Of a stretch of 64,000 nucleotides of DNA, positions 1-8,019 are shown in pieces. The position numbers and the translations under genes are program-made. Positions within the stretch are counted from its first letter, which is position 1, and each line of letters opens with the position of its first letter. Origin of the DNA: Bacillota bacterium (GTDB taxonomy: Bacteria; Bacillota; Sulfobacillia; DUSP01; DYEP01); the NCBI GenBank assembly GCA_040755615.1, contig JBFMAL010000010.1, forward strand, positions 4,934-68,933. Direction: 5' to 3'. The notes beneath the pieces were generated by a model. It was not told the DNA's origin. It did no database searches and saw nothing but the letters and a program-made list of their open reading frames with translations.

Positions 1-416
1 CCAGTTTTATAAAGAAGTTTGGCCACGTGCTCAATTCCCCAGTGAAGAGGGTCGCGCCGTCTGTCATGAATGTATTCTTGAGATACTCATGGCCGGGCAA
101 CATCAGAGAGCTGGAACATACCATAGAAGGCGCAATGAACCTGGCGCAAGGAGAACAGATTGAGGCCGAGCACCTGCCTGCGTTTATAGCGCGGGCACAG
201 AGGGACGAAGCCTTAATCGACCTGCCCGCGCAAAAGCGTACGGGGAACGTCACAAGACCCTTAAGAGAGTTCCTTGCCGAGGTGGAGAGGGAGTACATCA
301 CTCAGGCATTGAAGACATGCAAGGGAAACGTATCGCGGGCGGCCCGATTGCTTGATATACCGAGGTCCACACTGCAGTACAGGATTTCTGTAATGAACGT
401 CGACCCGTGGCAATGA
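1..416 (+). CDS. Sigma-54-dependent transcriptional activator, C-terminal fragment (5' end lies outside the window)
   Basis: The reading frame is open from base 3. It shows the end of the AAA+ domain (YSWPGNIRELEH) and a C-terminal Fis-type HTH (GNVSRAARLLDIPRSTLQYRI). Confidence 0.85.
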   Translation, partial: SFIKKFGHVLNSPVKRVAPSVMNVFLRYSWPGNIRELEHTIEGAMNLAQGEQIEAEHLPAFIARAQRDEALIDLPAQKRTGNVTRPLREFLAEVEREYITQALKTCKGNVSRAARLLDIPRSTLQYRISVMNVDPWQ

Positions 417-440
417 GATTAAAAGAAGGAGGCCACACGG

Positions 441-1694
441 ATGAGATCCTACAAAGACATACCCCTCTGGTCTGATGTTCCGGAAGAGGATTGGAACGAC
501 TGGCATTGGCAGGTCCGTAACCGGATCACCGACGTTGAGACGCTGAAGAAGGTAATAAACCTGGTGCCTGAAGAAGAGGAAGGCGTGAAGCAATGCCTGA
601 ACACCCTGCGCATGGCCATCACCCCGTATTACGCCTCACTAATGGATCCGGACGACCCGGGCTGTCCCATAAGAAAACAGGCTGTTCCCAGCGTGAACGA
701 AATACACCGGGCGCGGAGCGATATGGACGATCCTCTTTATGAGGATATAGACTCGCCTGTACCAGGGCTCACGCACCGGTACCCGGACAGGGTGCTGCTT
801 TTGGTGACAGACCAGTGCTCCATGTACTGCAGGCACTGTACCAGGAGGAGATTCGCAGGGCAAACGGACAGGGCGCGTACCCGGGAAGAGATCGATGCGG
901 GCATCGAGTACGTGAGGAACACTCCGGTTGTGCGTGACGTGCTGCTGTCCGGCGGTGACGGCCTGCTGATCTCCGACGAGCTGCTTGAGTATACCATCGC
1001 CAAGCTGCGCGAGATCCCCCACGTCGAGTTGATCCGCATCGGTTCGCGTACCCCTGTAGTGCTCCCGCAGCGCATTACCACAAAGCTGGTAGACATGCTG
1101 AAGAAGTACCATCCCATCTTCCTGAACACGCATTTCAACCACCCGAAGGAGTTTACGGCAGAGTCGAGAGCGGCGTGCAACCGCCTGGCCGACGCCGGCA
1201 TTCCTGTGGGGAACCAGACGGTGCTGATGAGGCGGATCAACGACTGCCCTGTTACGATGAGAAAGCTCATGCAGGGCCTGCTCACAATGAGGGTTCGTCC
1301 CTATTACCTGTTCCAGTGCGATCTATCACCGGGCCTTGAGCACTTCAGGACGCCTGTCAGCCGCGGTATAGAGATGATAGAAATGTTGCGAGGACACACG
1401 TCCGGCCTCGCGGTTCCCACGTTCTGCGTGGACGCACCCGGGGGTGGCGGGAAGATCCCGGTCATGCCGCAGTACCTCATATCACAGGCGCCCGGCAAGA
1501 TTATCCTCAGGAATTACGAGGGTACAATAGCAATGTATACCGAACCTGCGAATACCGAGGCGTATGAGATGCCATGTCCCGTTTGCGGCACGAACCACCA
1601 AGAGCTGGATGTGGGAGTGGGCAGGTTGTTTTCCGAGAAGCAGATCGCGCTCGAGCCGTTAGATCTGAAACGGGCAAAGAGGCGGAAGCATTAA
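441..1694 (+). CDS. kamA: Lysine 2,3-aminomutase (radical SAM, PLP)
   Basis: GGAGG RBS 8 nt upstream. CSMYCRHCTRRR is the CxxxCxxC radical SAM motif. The length of 417 aa matches clostridial KamA. QCDLSPGLEHFRTP and VDAPGGGGKIP retain both Asp residues associated with lysine binding. Confidence 0.9.
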   Translation: MRSYKDIPLWSDVPEEDWNDWHWQVRNRITDVETLKKVINLVPEEEEGVKQCLNTLRMAITPYYASLMDPDDPGCPIRKQAVPSVNEIHRARSDMDDPLYEDIDSPVPGLTHRYPDRVLLLVTDQCSMYCRHCTRRRFAGQTDRARTREEIDAGIEYVRNTPVVRDVLLSGGDGLLISDELLEYTIAKLREIPHVELIRIGSRTPVVLPQRITTKLVDMLKKYHPIFLNTHFNHPKEFTAESRAACNRLADAGIPVGNQTVLMRRINDCPVTMRKLMQGLLTMRVRPYYLFQCDLSPGLEHFRTPVSRGIEMIEMLRGHTSGLAVPTFCVDAPGGGGKIPVMPQYLISQAPGKIILRNYEGTIAMYTEPANTEAYEMPCPVCGTNHQELDVGVGRLFSEKQIALEPLDLKRAKRRKH

Positions 1695-1788
1695 CGAAAA
1701 CCGGGCAGAATGCCCGAATATTGGCGCCGGAGAGCGGACAGCCCTGGCATATCCGGCCAGGAAGCGTGCGAAAAACCCACCACCCGAC

Positions 1789-1804
1789 TGGTACGATGCT
1801 TGCA
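1789..1804 (+). promoter_or_regulatory. Sigma-54 (-24/-12) promoter upstream of the corrinoid methyltransferase genes
   Basis: TGGTACGATGCTTGCA versus consensus TGGCACG-N4-TTGCW. GG and GC have the exact spacing and there is one mismatch. It lies about 57 nt upstream of the ATG at 1861. rpoN and a sigma-54 activator are both in the window. Confidence 0.7.
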
Positions 1805-1860
1805 CGTTGAACTTTTTGACCCTCGCTACTGCCCTAAACTTCCCCAAAAGGAGGAGCGAG

Positions 1861-2520
1861 ATGAACGAGCTGTTGAAGAGATTACGGAATGCCATTGTGG
1901 AAGGAGACGAGGATCAAGCGCTGCAGGCGACACGAGATGCTTTGGACAGCGGCATGGACCCGGTGGCCATCGTGTCCGACGGGCTTGCTGCCGCTATGAA
2001 CGAGATCGGTCGCCTCTGGAATGAGGAGGAGATCTTCCTGCCCGAAGTTGTCTTCTCCGCACAGATATTCAAAGAATGTATGGAGCTGGTAGAACCTGCG
2101 CTGCTTGAAGGCAAGAGCACCGAGCCTGCTGCCCACTTTGTGCTGGGGACCGTCAAAGGTGACCTGCACGACCTCGGTAAGAATATGGTAGGTACCATGC
2201 TGCAGACTGCGGGCTTCCGCGTGCACGACCTGGGTAAGGACGTACCAGCGGAGCGGTTTGTGGAAAAGGTGAAGGAACTCGGGTCTGCTCTGGTCGGTCT
2301 TTCCGCTCTACTCACTACTACTATGCTTGAGCAGAAGCGGGTGATCGAGGCCCTGGAGCAAGCGGGGCTGAGAGACAGGGTGAAGGTGCTCGTCGGTGGC
2401 GCACCTGTAACGGACAGCTGGGCGCGCGAAGTGGGTGCCGACGGATATGCGCCCAACGCTCCTCAGGCCACCGAAATCGCAAAAAGGCTGCTCTCTCAGA
2501 TGAAGGAGGGTAGCAACTGA
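1861..2520 (+). CDS. Corrinoid (cobalamin-binding) protein of a methyltransferase system, MtgC/MttC-like
   Basis: B12-binding DxHxxG motif (GDLHDLGKN), SALLTTT and LVGGAP motifs. AAAGGAGGAG RBS before the ATG at 1861. The TTG at 1807 in the ORF track would lie upstream of the predicted sigma-54 transcription start. Confidence 0.85.
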   Translation: MNELLKRLRNAIVEGDEDQALQATRDALDSGMDPVAIVSDGLAAAMNEIGRLWNEEEIFLPEVVFSAQIFKECMELVEPALLEGKSTEPAAHFVLGTVKGDLHDLGKNMVGTMLQTAGFRVHDLGKDVPAERFVEKVKELGSALVGLSALLTTTMLEQKRVIEALEQAGLRDRVKVLVGGAPVTDSWAREVGADGYAPNAPQATEIAKRLLSQMKEGSN

Positions 2521-3983
2521 TGAGAAACGAGGGCAAATTCCGGATACTCTCCCAGCCCGAAGTGGAACGCATACACGAAGAAGCGCTCCGTGTGCTGGAG
2601 AGGACAGGCGTGTACTTTGACTGTGATGAAGCGCTGGACGTGCTGGAAGCCGCGGGCGCCAGCGTGAACCGGGCGACCAGCGTGGTTCGATTCCCGAGGC
2701 AGCTCGTGATGGATGCGATAAAACTTGCGCCTTCCGAGATTCAACTACATGACAGGGAAGGTAACCCTTCTGTGTTGCTTGGAGGAGATCGGGTCCACTT
2801 CGATCCCGGGTCCTCCGGTGTCCGGTTCATGGAATCGGACGGAGTCACCGTGAGGGAGTCAAGAGCGGAAGACCTAAAGAAGATCGTACAGGTGACGGAC
2901 GCATTACCCCACATAGAGCTGCAGTCCACGGCGGTTGTGGCCAACGATGTTCCCAAGGAAATCGCCGACTCTTACAGGCTCTACATCGTCCTTTCGCATT
3001 CGAAAAAGCCTATCATCACAGGGGCATTCAGTGTGGACGGACTGTTCGATATGAAGGAGCTCCTGTCCGCGGTGGCGGGAGGCGATGAAGCGCTAGCCAA
3101 AAAGCCCAGGGCCGTATTTGATATCTGCCCCTCACCGCCGCTGAAATGGACGCACATCAGCGCGCGCAATATCATGGACTGCGCAAAGCTCGGGCTGCCG
3201 ATGGAGTTTGTATCTATGCCTATGCCCGGCGCCGCATCTCCCGCAACCATCGCCGGGTCAGTGGTGATTCACACGGCGGAAACCCTTAGCGGTACCACGC
3301 TCGCGCAACTGGTGAAGCCCGGCGCAGCGGTCGTCTGGGGTGGAGCCCCCGTGGTGTTTGATATGCGCTCGGGTACCACCCCCATGAGCGCGGTGGAAGC
3401 GACGATGATCGGTTGCGCCAGCACCCAGATGGGGAAATTCTACGGCCTACCCACGCACACATATACCTGCCTGTCTGACTCCAAGTGCAACGATGCGCAG
3501 GCGGGTCTTGAGACGGCAATGGGTGCGGTGATGGGGGCACTTGCAGGTATAAACGTGATATCAGGCCCCGGCATGCTGGACTTTGTAGGTACCATGAGCC
3601 TTGAGAAGCTGGTGATAGACAACGAGATATGTGGTTTGATACTGAGGCTCCTCCGGGGTATCGACGTGACCGACGATACACTTGCAACAGATCTCATCGT
3701 GGAGCTGGGACCCGGCGGAGATTACCTGAACACAAAACACACGCGGCAATGGTTTAAGAAAGAAGTGTATATACCGGGTCCTGCCATCGACCGCAAAGAC
3801 CGGAAGACTTGGGAGGCGCAGGGCTTTACCACATCCGAGCAAAGAGCGAGAAAAGTGGTCGCGGAGATTCTGAAGCAGAAGGAATTGGAAGGCCCGTGTG
3901 ACGCAAAGCTTTTGCTGGATGAAGCGATGAAGGCAGTGAAAAAGAGAGCAGGCGCGGATAATCTGCCCCTTGGCCCAAAGTAG
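2520..3983 (+). CDS. MttB-superfamily (trimethylamine methyltransferase family) methyltransferase, non-pyrrolysine type; substrate unknown
   Basis: 487-aa uninterrupted ORF with no in-frame UAG. The N-terminus (LSQPEVERIHEEALRVLERTGV) and overall length are typical of the MttB family. The start overlaps the upstream stop (TGATG). Confidence 0.85.
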   Translation: MRNEGKFRILSQPEVERIHEEALRVLERTGVYFDCDEALDVLEAAGASVNRATSVVRFPRQLVMDAIKLAPSEIQLHDREGNPSVLLGGDRVHFDPGSSGVRFMESDGVTVRESRAEDLKKIVQVTDALPHIELQSTAVVANDVPKEIADSYRLYIVLSHSKKPIITGAFSVDGLFDMKELLSAVAGGDEALAKKPRAVFDICPSPPLKWTHISARNIMDCAKLGLPMEFVSMPMPGAASPATIAGSVVIHTAETLSGTTLAQLVKPGAAVVWGGAPVVFDMRSGTTPMSAVEATMIGCASTQMGKFYGLPTHTYTCLSDSKCNDAQAGLETAMGAVMGALAGINVISGPGMLDFVGTMSLEKLVIDNEICGLILRLLRGIDVTDDTLATDLIVELGPGGDYLNTKHTRQWFKKEVYIPGPAIDRKDRKTWEAQGFTTSEQRARKVVAEILKQKELEGPCDAKLLLDEAMKAVKKRAGADNLPLGPK

Positions 3984-3993
3984 GAGGTAGGAC

Positions 3994-4797
3994 ATGTTTA
4001 TTGTCGGTGAAAAGATCAACACAAGCAGAAAGAAGATCAACCAGGCGGTTGTAGCGAGAGACGCCGATTACATTTTGAAAGTCGCCGGCGAACAGTTGGA
4101 CGCCGGAGCCGACATGATAGACGTCAATGCCGGGACTCTGGTAGACGGCGAACCTGACGCGCTGAGATGGCTTGTCCAGATCATCCAGGAGAGGTTTGAC
4201 GTACCTCTCTGCATAGACAGCCCGAACTCCGCAGCGCTTCTTGCGGCCCTGTCCGTGCATAAGGGGAGGGCCATGGTCAACTCGGTCACCATGGAAAAGG
4301 AACGCATGAGCGCGATCCTTCCAGTTGTCCTTCGCTTCGGATGCAAGGTCGTGGCGTTATGCATGGATGATAACGGCATCCCCGACACTGCCCAACAAAG
4401 GCTTGATATCGCCAGGCGGCTGGTGGCCCGCCTTGAGAGCGAGGGCATAAACAGAGAGGATATCTACCTTGACCCCCTCGTCCGGCCTATCAGCACTGGC
4501 GATAACTTCGGCATGGCCGTGCTTGATACACTAAGAGGCATCAGCGCAGAACTTCCCGGGGTCCACACTATCTGTGGTCTATCAAATGTGTCGTACGGTC
4601 TTCCCGAGCGGGCGCTGCTCAACAGGACATTCCTCGCAATGTGCATTGCGTCAGGACTTGATTCCGCCATTTTGGATCCCAACGACAATCGGCTGATGGC
4701 GTGCTTGCACTCGGCGTGGGCGCTTGCTGGCAGGGACAAGTTCTGCAGGAAATATCTGAAAGCGCACCGGGCAGGAAAACTCAGCGCGGATGTCTAA
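3994..4797 (+). CDS. Methylcorrinoid:tetrahydrofolate methyltransferase (pterin-binding domain, MtgA/AcsE-like)
   Basis: The N-terminus FIVGEKINTSRKKI...AGADMIDVNAG is typical of the pterin-binding/DHPS-like barrel methyltransferases. AGGAGG RBS. Confidence 0.8.
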   Translation: MFIVGEKINTSRKKINQAVVARDADYILKVAGEQLDAGADMIDVNAGTLVDGEPDALRWLVQIIQERFDVPLCIDSPNSAALLAALSVHKGRAMVNSVTMEKERMSAILPVVLRFGCKVVALCMDDNGIPDTAQQRLDIARRLVARLESEGINREDIYLDPLVRPISTGDNFGMAVLDTLRGISAELPGVHTICGLSNVSYGLPERALLNRTFLAMCIASGLDSAILDPNDNRLMACLHSAWALAGRDKFCRKYLKAHRAGKLSADV

Positions 4798-4915
4798 CTA
4801 TAAACACCCGTGAGTTGAACTTTATAGGGGAGGTGGTAGCACCGGCCTTTAAGAAGTTTTCTCCCGACAGATCATGGGCTCCTGAAAAAGAACGTTTTCA
4901 AGGAGGTAATCTCGG

Positions 4916-6475
4916 GTGGAACAAAACTTCGGCGCATTGTCGCTGCTGCCTCCCCTTATAGCCATCGGTCTGGCTATCTGGACGAAGCAGGTCATTCTTT
5001 CGTTGTTCATCGGTGTGGCGGTAGGTACATTCGTCTTCAACGGCTACGCGGTGCTCCCCGCTTTTTTTGACCTGATTGAGCGCATTGTGGCACAGATGAC
5101 GGATGATTGGCAGGCAAGAGTCCTAATCTTTACATGTCTTCTTGGCGGTATCGTGGGCCTGGTCCAGAAATCAGGCGGTTTTCGTTCCTTCGGCGAATGG
5201 GCCGGAAAGCGCGTGAAGACCAGAAAGGGAGCGCAGATCCTTACGTGGCTGGCTGGCGTGGTCATTTTCTTTGACGACTACTTCAACACCCTCACGGTCG
5301 GCTCCGTCATGAGGCCCCTCACCGACAGGTACAGAGTATCCCGTGAGAAACTGGCATACATCGTAGACTCCACCGCAGCACCCGTCTGCGTCCTGATCCC
5401 GATCTCGACCTGGGTCGCTTACATTGTATCCCTCATTGCAGCGGAGTTTACCAATGCGGGAATTGAAACAAGTCCGTTCCTCGCCTACATCACGTCCATT
5501 CCTTACAACCTCTACGCGCTCGCTGCTGTGGCCATGGTAGTCATGATCGCTGCGACGGACCTCGAGTTCGGCCCCATGGCCAAAGCGGAAAAGCGGGCCA
5601 TGCTTACAGGCGATGTATCAAGACCTGGAGTGACGGAAGTCCCCGGTCAGGATATCGCGTTGCTTAAGCCGGCTGAGAAGGGTTCCGCGTCTGACATGTT
5701 TCTTCCCATTATCACCCTGGTAGCCGTGACGATCATCGGCATTCTCTACACCGGCGGGTTCTTTGAGGGCGCAAGCTTCCAGGAGGCTGTTGGCGATGCA
5801 GATTCTGCTACGGCGCTCCTTTATGCGACCCTTCTGGCCAACGTTGTCGCAGTGGTATGGTATGCGATACGGAGGGTTGTGCCCATCATGGAATCCATGG
5901 AAGCCGTCGCTACCGGGATCAAGTCGATGGTGCCCGCGCTGTGCATCCTTATACTGGCATGGGCCATCGGCGGTGTCAGCTCGGACCTCGGTACCGGGGC
6001 CTACGTTGCTGAGATAGTGGGCAGCACGCTTCCCGGGTGGTCCATACCGATCATCCTCTTCATCGTGGCCTGCTTCATCTCATTTTCGACCGGTACGTCC
6101 TGGGGTACCTTCGCCATCGTCATGCCTCTCGCAGTACCGATCGGGCTTCAGACACACGCGGATCTGCTGGTGGTGATCGGGGCGGTACTGGCGGGCGGAA
6201 TCTTCGGGGACCACTGCTCGCCGATATCTGATACGACAGTTCTGTCGTCTACAGGTTCTGCGTGTAACCATATCGACCACGTGACAACCCAGATACCATA
6301 CGCGGTCGTTGCAGCTGCGTGCGCTGCTGTGGGCTTCCTCGTGGCGGGTCTTGTACCCAACGCCATACTGGCGGTAGTCGTCACTCTCGGGCTCCTCTTT
6401 GCGGTCGCATGGTATCTCCACAGGCGCGGCGAGGTATTGCCTGAGATAAAGGCAAAGAAGGCCGCCACTCACTGA
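4916..6475 (+). CDS. NhaC-family Na+/H+ antiporter-type transporter
   Basis: 519-aa polytopic membrane protein with NhaC-like segments (FDDYFNTLTVGSVMRP, GDHCSPISDTT). GTG start after AAGGAGG. Confidence 0.8.
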   Translation: MEQNFGALSLLPPLIAIGLAIWTKQVILSLFIGVAVGTFVFNGYAVLPAFFDLIERIVAQMTDDWQARVLIFTCLLGGIVGLVQKSGGFRSFGEWAGKRVKTRKGAQILTWLAGVVIFFDDYFNTLTVGSVMRPLTDRYRVSREKLAYIVDSTAAPVCVLIPISTWVAYIVSLIAAEFTNAGIETSPFLAYITSIPYNLYALAAVAMVVMIAATDLEFGPMAKAEKRAMLTGDVSRPGVTEVPGQDIALLKPAEKGSASDMFLPIITLVAVTIIGILYTGGFFEGASFQEAVGDADSATALLYATLLANVVAVVWYAIRRVVPIMESMEAVATGIKSMVPALCILILAWAIGGVSSDLGTGAYVAEIVGSTLPGWSIPIILFIVACFISFSTGTSWGTFAIVMPLAVPIGLQTHADLLVVIGAVLAGGIFGDHCSPISDTTVLSSTGSACNHIDHVTTQIPYAVVAAACAAVGFLVAGLVPNAILAVVVTLGLLFAVAWYLHRRGEVLPEIKAKKAATH

Positions 6476-6507
6476 GTGTCAGTATAGTATAGGGCTGTCT
6501 CTAAACG

Positions 6508-6550
6508 AGGGCGGAAATACCCAACAGGGTTTTCTGCCCTTTAAATGTTT
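6508..6550 (+). terminator. Probable intrinsic terminator after the transporter gene
   Basis: 10-bp stem AGGGCGGAAA/TTTCTGCCCT (one G-U pair), 13-nt loop, then TTAAATGTTT. Confidence 0.5.
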
Positions 6551-6661
6551 CGGGGCCATTTGGACAACACTAGTTTTTAAGAGAAGTCGGATGGAAAAGA
6601 AGGACATTTATGCATCAATGTATAAATGCTAGTAAGAGGACAATGAGGGGAGGGAACCCGC

Positions 6662-7699
6662 ATGCCGAGAGAAATCCGGGTTGGGTTCTGGGGTATCGGG
6701 GCCATGGGCAAAGGTATGGTCCGGTGTGTGAGCCGAAAACCCGGCATGAGAATAGTCAGCGCTATTGTGCCCGCGGGCCACGGTGAGGGCGCCGACCTCG
6801 GCCGATTGGCAGGCTTGCCTGAGGATATGGGCGTCACCTGTATGGCGGATGTAGGACGGGCGCTCGACGAGGGAAAACCGGACGTGGTGCTTCACGCCAC
6901 CGCATCCTTTGTAAGAGAGGTATACCCTCAGATCACCGAACTGCTGAAGCGCGGCATCAACGTCATCTCCATCGCGGAAGAAATGTCGTTCCCGTATATC
7001 CGGGAACCCGAGCTTGCCAGGAGCCTGGATGAACTGGCGAAGCAAAACGGCGCCACGGTCCTGGGTACCGGAATCAACCCGGGATTCGTGCTGGACACGC
7101 TCATTATCGCCCTGACCGGCATCTGTCAGGATGTAAGAATGATCAAAGCGGCGAGGATAAACGACCTGTCGCCTTTTGGGCCCACGGTCATGAAGACTCA
7201 GGGCGTGGGCACCACGCCCGAGGAGTTTGAACGCGGTCTCGAGGATGGGAGTATCGTGGGGCATGTGGGGTTTCCGGAGAGCATCTCGCTGATCGCCAGG
7301 GCGGTCGGATGGGAAATAGATGAGATACGGCAGAGCCGGGAACCCATTATCTCAAAGACGTACAGGGAGACGCCTCACGCCCGTGTCGAGCCGGGCATGG
7401 TGGCAGGATGCAGGCATACTGCCATGGGGCTGAAGAAAGGCGAACCGCTGATAACACTCGAGCACCCACAGCAGATTCTCCCTCACCTTGACGGTGTAGA
7501 TACGGGCGACTACATACAAATCGAAGGTACACCCCCGGTGAACCTCACGATCAAGCCGGAGATTCCGGGAGGGACAGGCACTGTGGCCATAGCATGCAAC
7601 ATGATCCCTGTGGTGATCGATGCGCCGCCGGGGCTTGCTACGATGGCGGATCTGCCTGTCCCCAGAGCGATCCTAGGCCAGTGGAGGAAGGGGGACTGA
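6662..7699 (+). CDS. ord: 2,4-diaminopentanoate dehydrogenase
   Basis: DapB-like N-terminal Rossmann motif (IRVGFWGIGAMGKG). It is the first gene of the ort/ora cluster. Confidence 0.8.
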   Translation: MPREIRVGFWGIGAMGKGMVRCVSRKPGMRIVSAIVPAGHGEGADLGRLAGLPEDMGVTCMADVGRALDEGKPDVVLHATASFVREVYPQITELLKRGINVISIAEEMSFPYIREPELARSLDELAKQNGATVLGTGINPGFVLDTLIIALTGICQDVRMIKAARINDLSPFGPTVMKTQGVGTTPEEFERGLEDGSIVGHVGFPESISLIARAVGWEIDEIRQSREPIISKTYRETPHARVEPGMVAGCRHTAMGLKKGEPLITLEHPQQILPHLDGVDTGDYIQIEGTPPVNLTIKPEIPGGTGTVAIACNMIPVVIDAPPGLATMADLPVPRAILGQWRKGD

Positions 7700-7704
7700 T
7701 ATTG

Positions 7705-8019
7705 ATGCCGGAAAAAGGCGCGTGGGTTGAAGTCTATAACATAGTTCTCCCAGCCGGATCGCGGGCGCCTCAGGTACCCCGGGACACGCAGGATGTACCT
7801 CTTGAGATGAGGGTGAGAGGCTTTCTTCTTGCCGAGGCAGAGCTAGGCAAAGAGTGTACAATCAGAACGCTTTCAGGCAGACAGGTCAAGGGGATTTTAG
7901 TGAACGATTCACCGCGGCACGTGCACGATTTCGGTGAACCGGTTCGGGAGCTCCTTGAAATAGGACCCGAGGTCAGACGCATGCTCTGGCCCTCGTTATG
8001 GGGTGGCAGCGATGAATAA
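7705..8019 (+). CDS. ortA: 2-amino-4-ketopentanoate thiolase, alpha subunit
   Basis: About 104 aa (WVEVYNIVLPAGSRAPQVPRDTQDVPLEMRVRGFL), immediately upstream of ortB. The internal ATG at 7705 is preferred over the ORF-track start at 7594, which overlaps ord. Confidence 0.8.
   Translation: MPEKGAWVEVYNIVLPAGSRAPQVPRDTQDVPLEMRVRGFLLAEAELGKECTIRTLSGRQVKGILVNDSPRHVHDFGEPVRELLEIGPEVRRMLWPSLWGGSDE

Noticed and set aside
441-1694. The KamA homolog might be a glutamate or arginine 2,3-aminomutase, or an EpmB-type enzyme.
   Set aside because: Its length (417 aa), the C-terminal Cys-containing extension and both Asp residues (QCDLS, VDAPGGGGK) fit true lysine 2,3-aminomutase. This rests on recalled alignments, not on a search.
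2520-3983. The MttB homolog might be a pyrrolysine-containing trimethylamine methyltransferase.
   Set aside because: The ORF is continuous with no in-frame TAG, and no pylTSBCD genes are in the window. It is therefore treated as a non-Pyl family member.
6595-6625. A GG...GC motif (GGACATTTATGC) upstream of ord as a candidate sigma-54 promoter.
   Set aside because: The spacing is GG-N8-GC rather than N10, so it does not fit the -24/-12 geometry.
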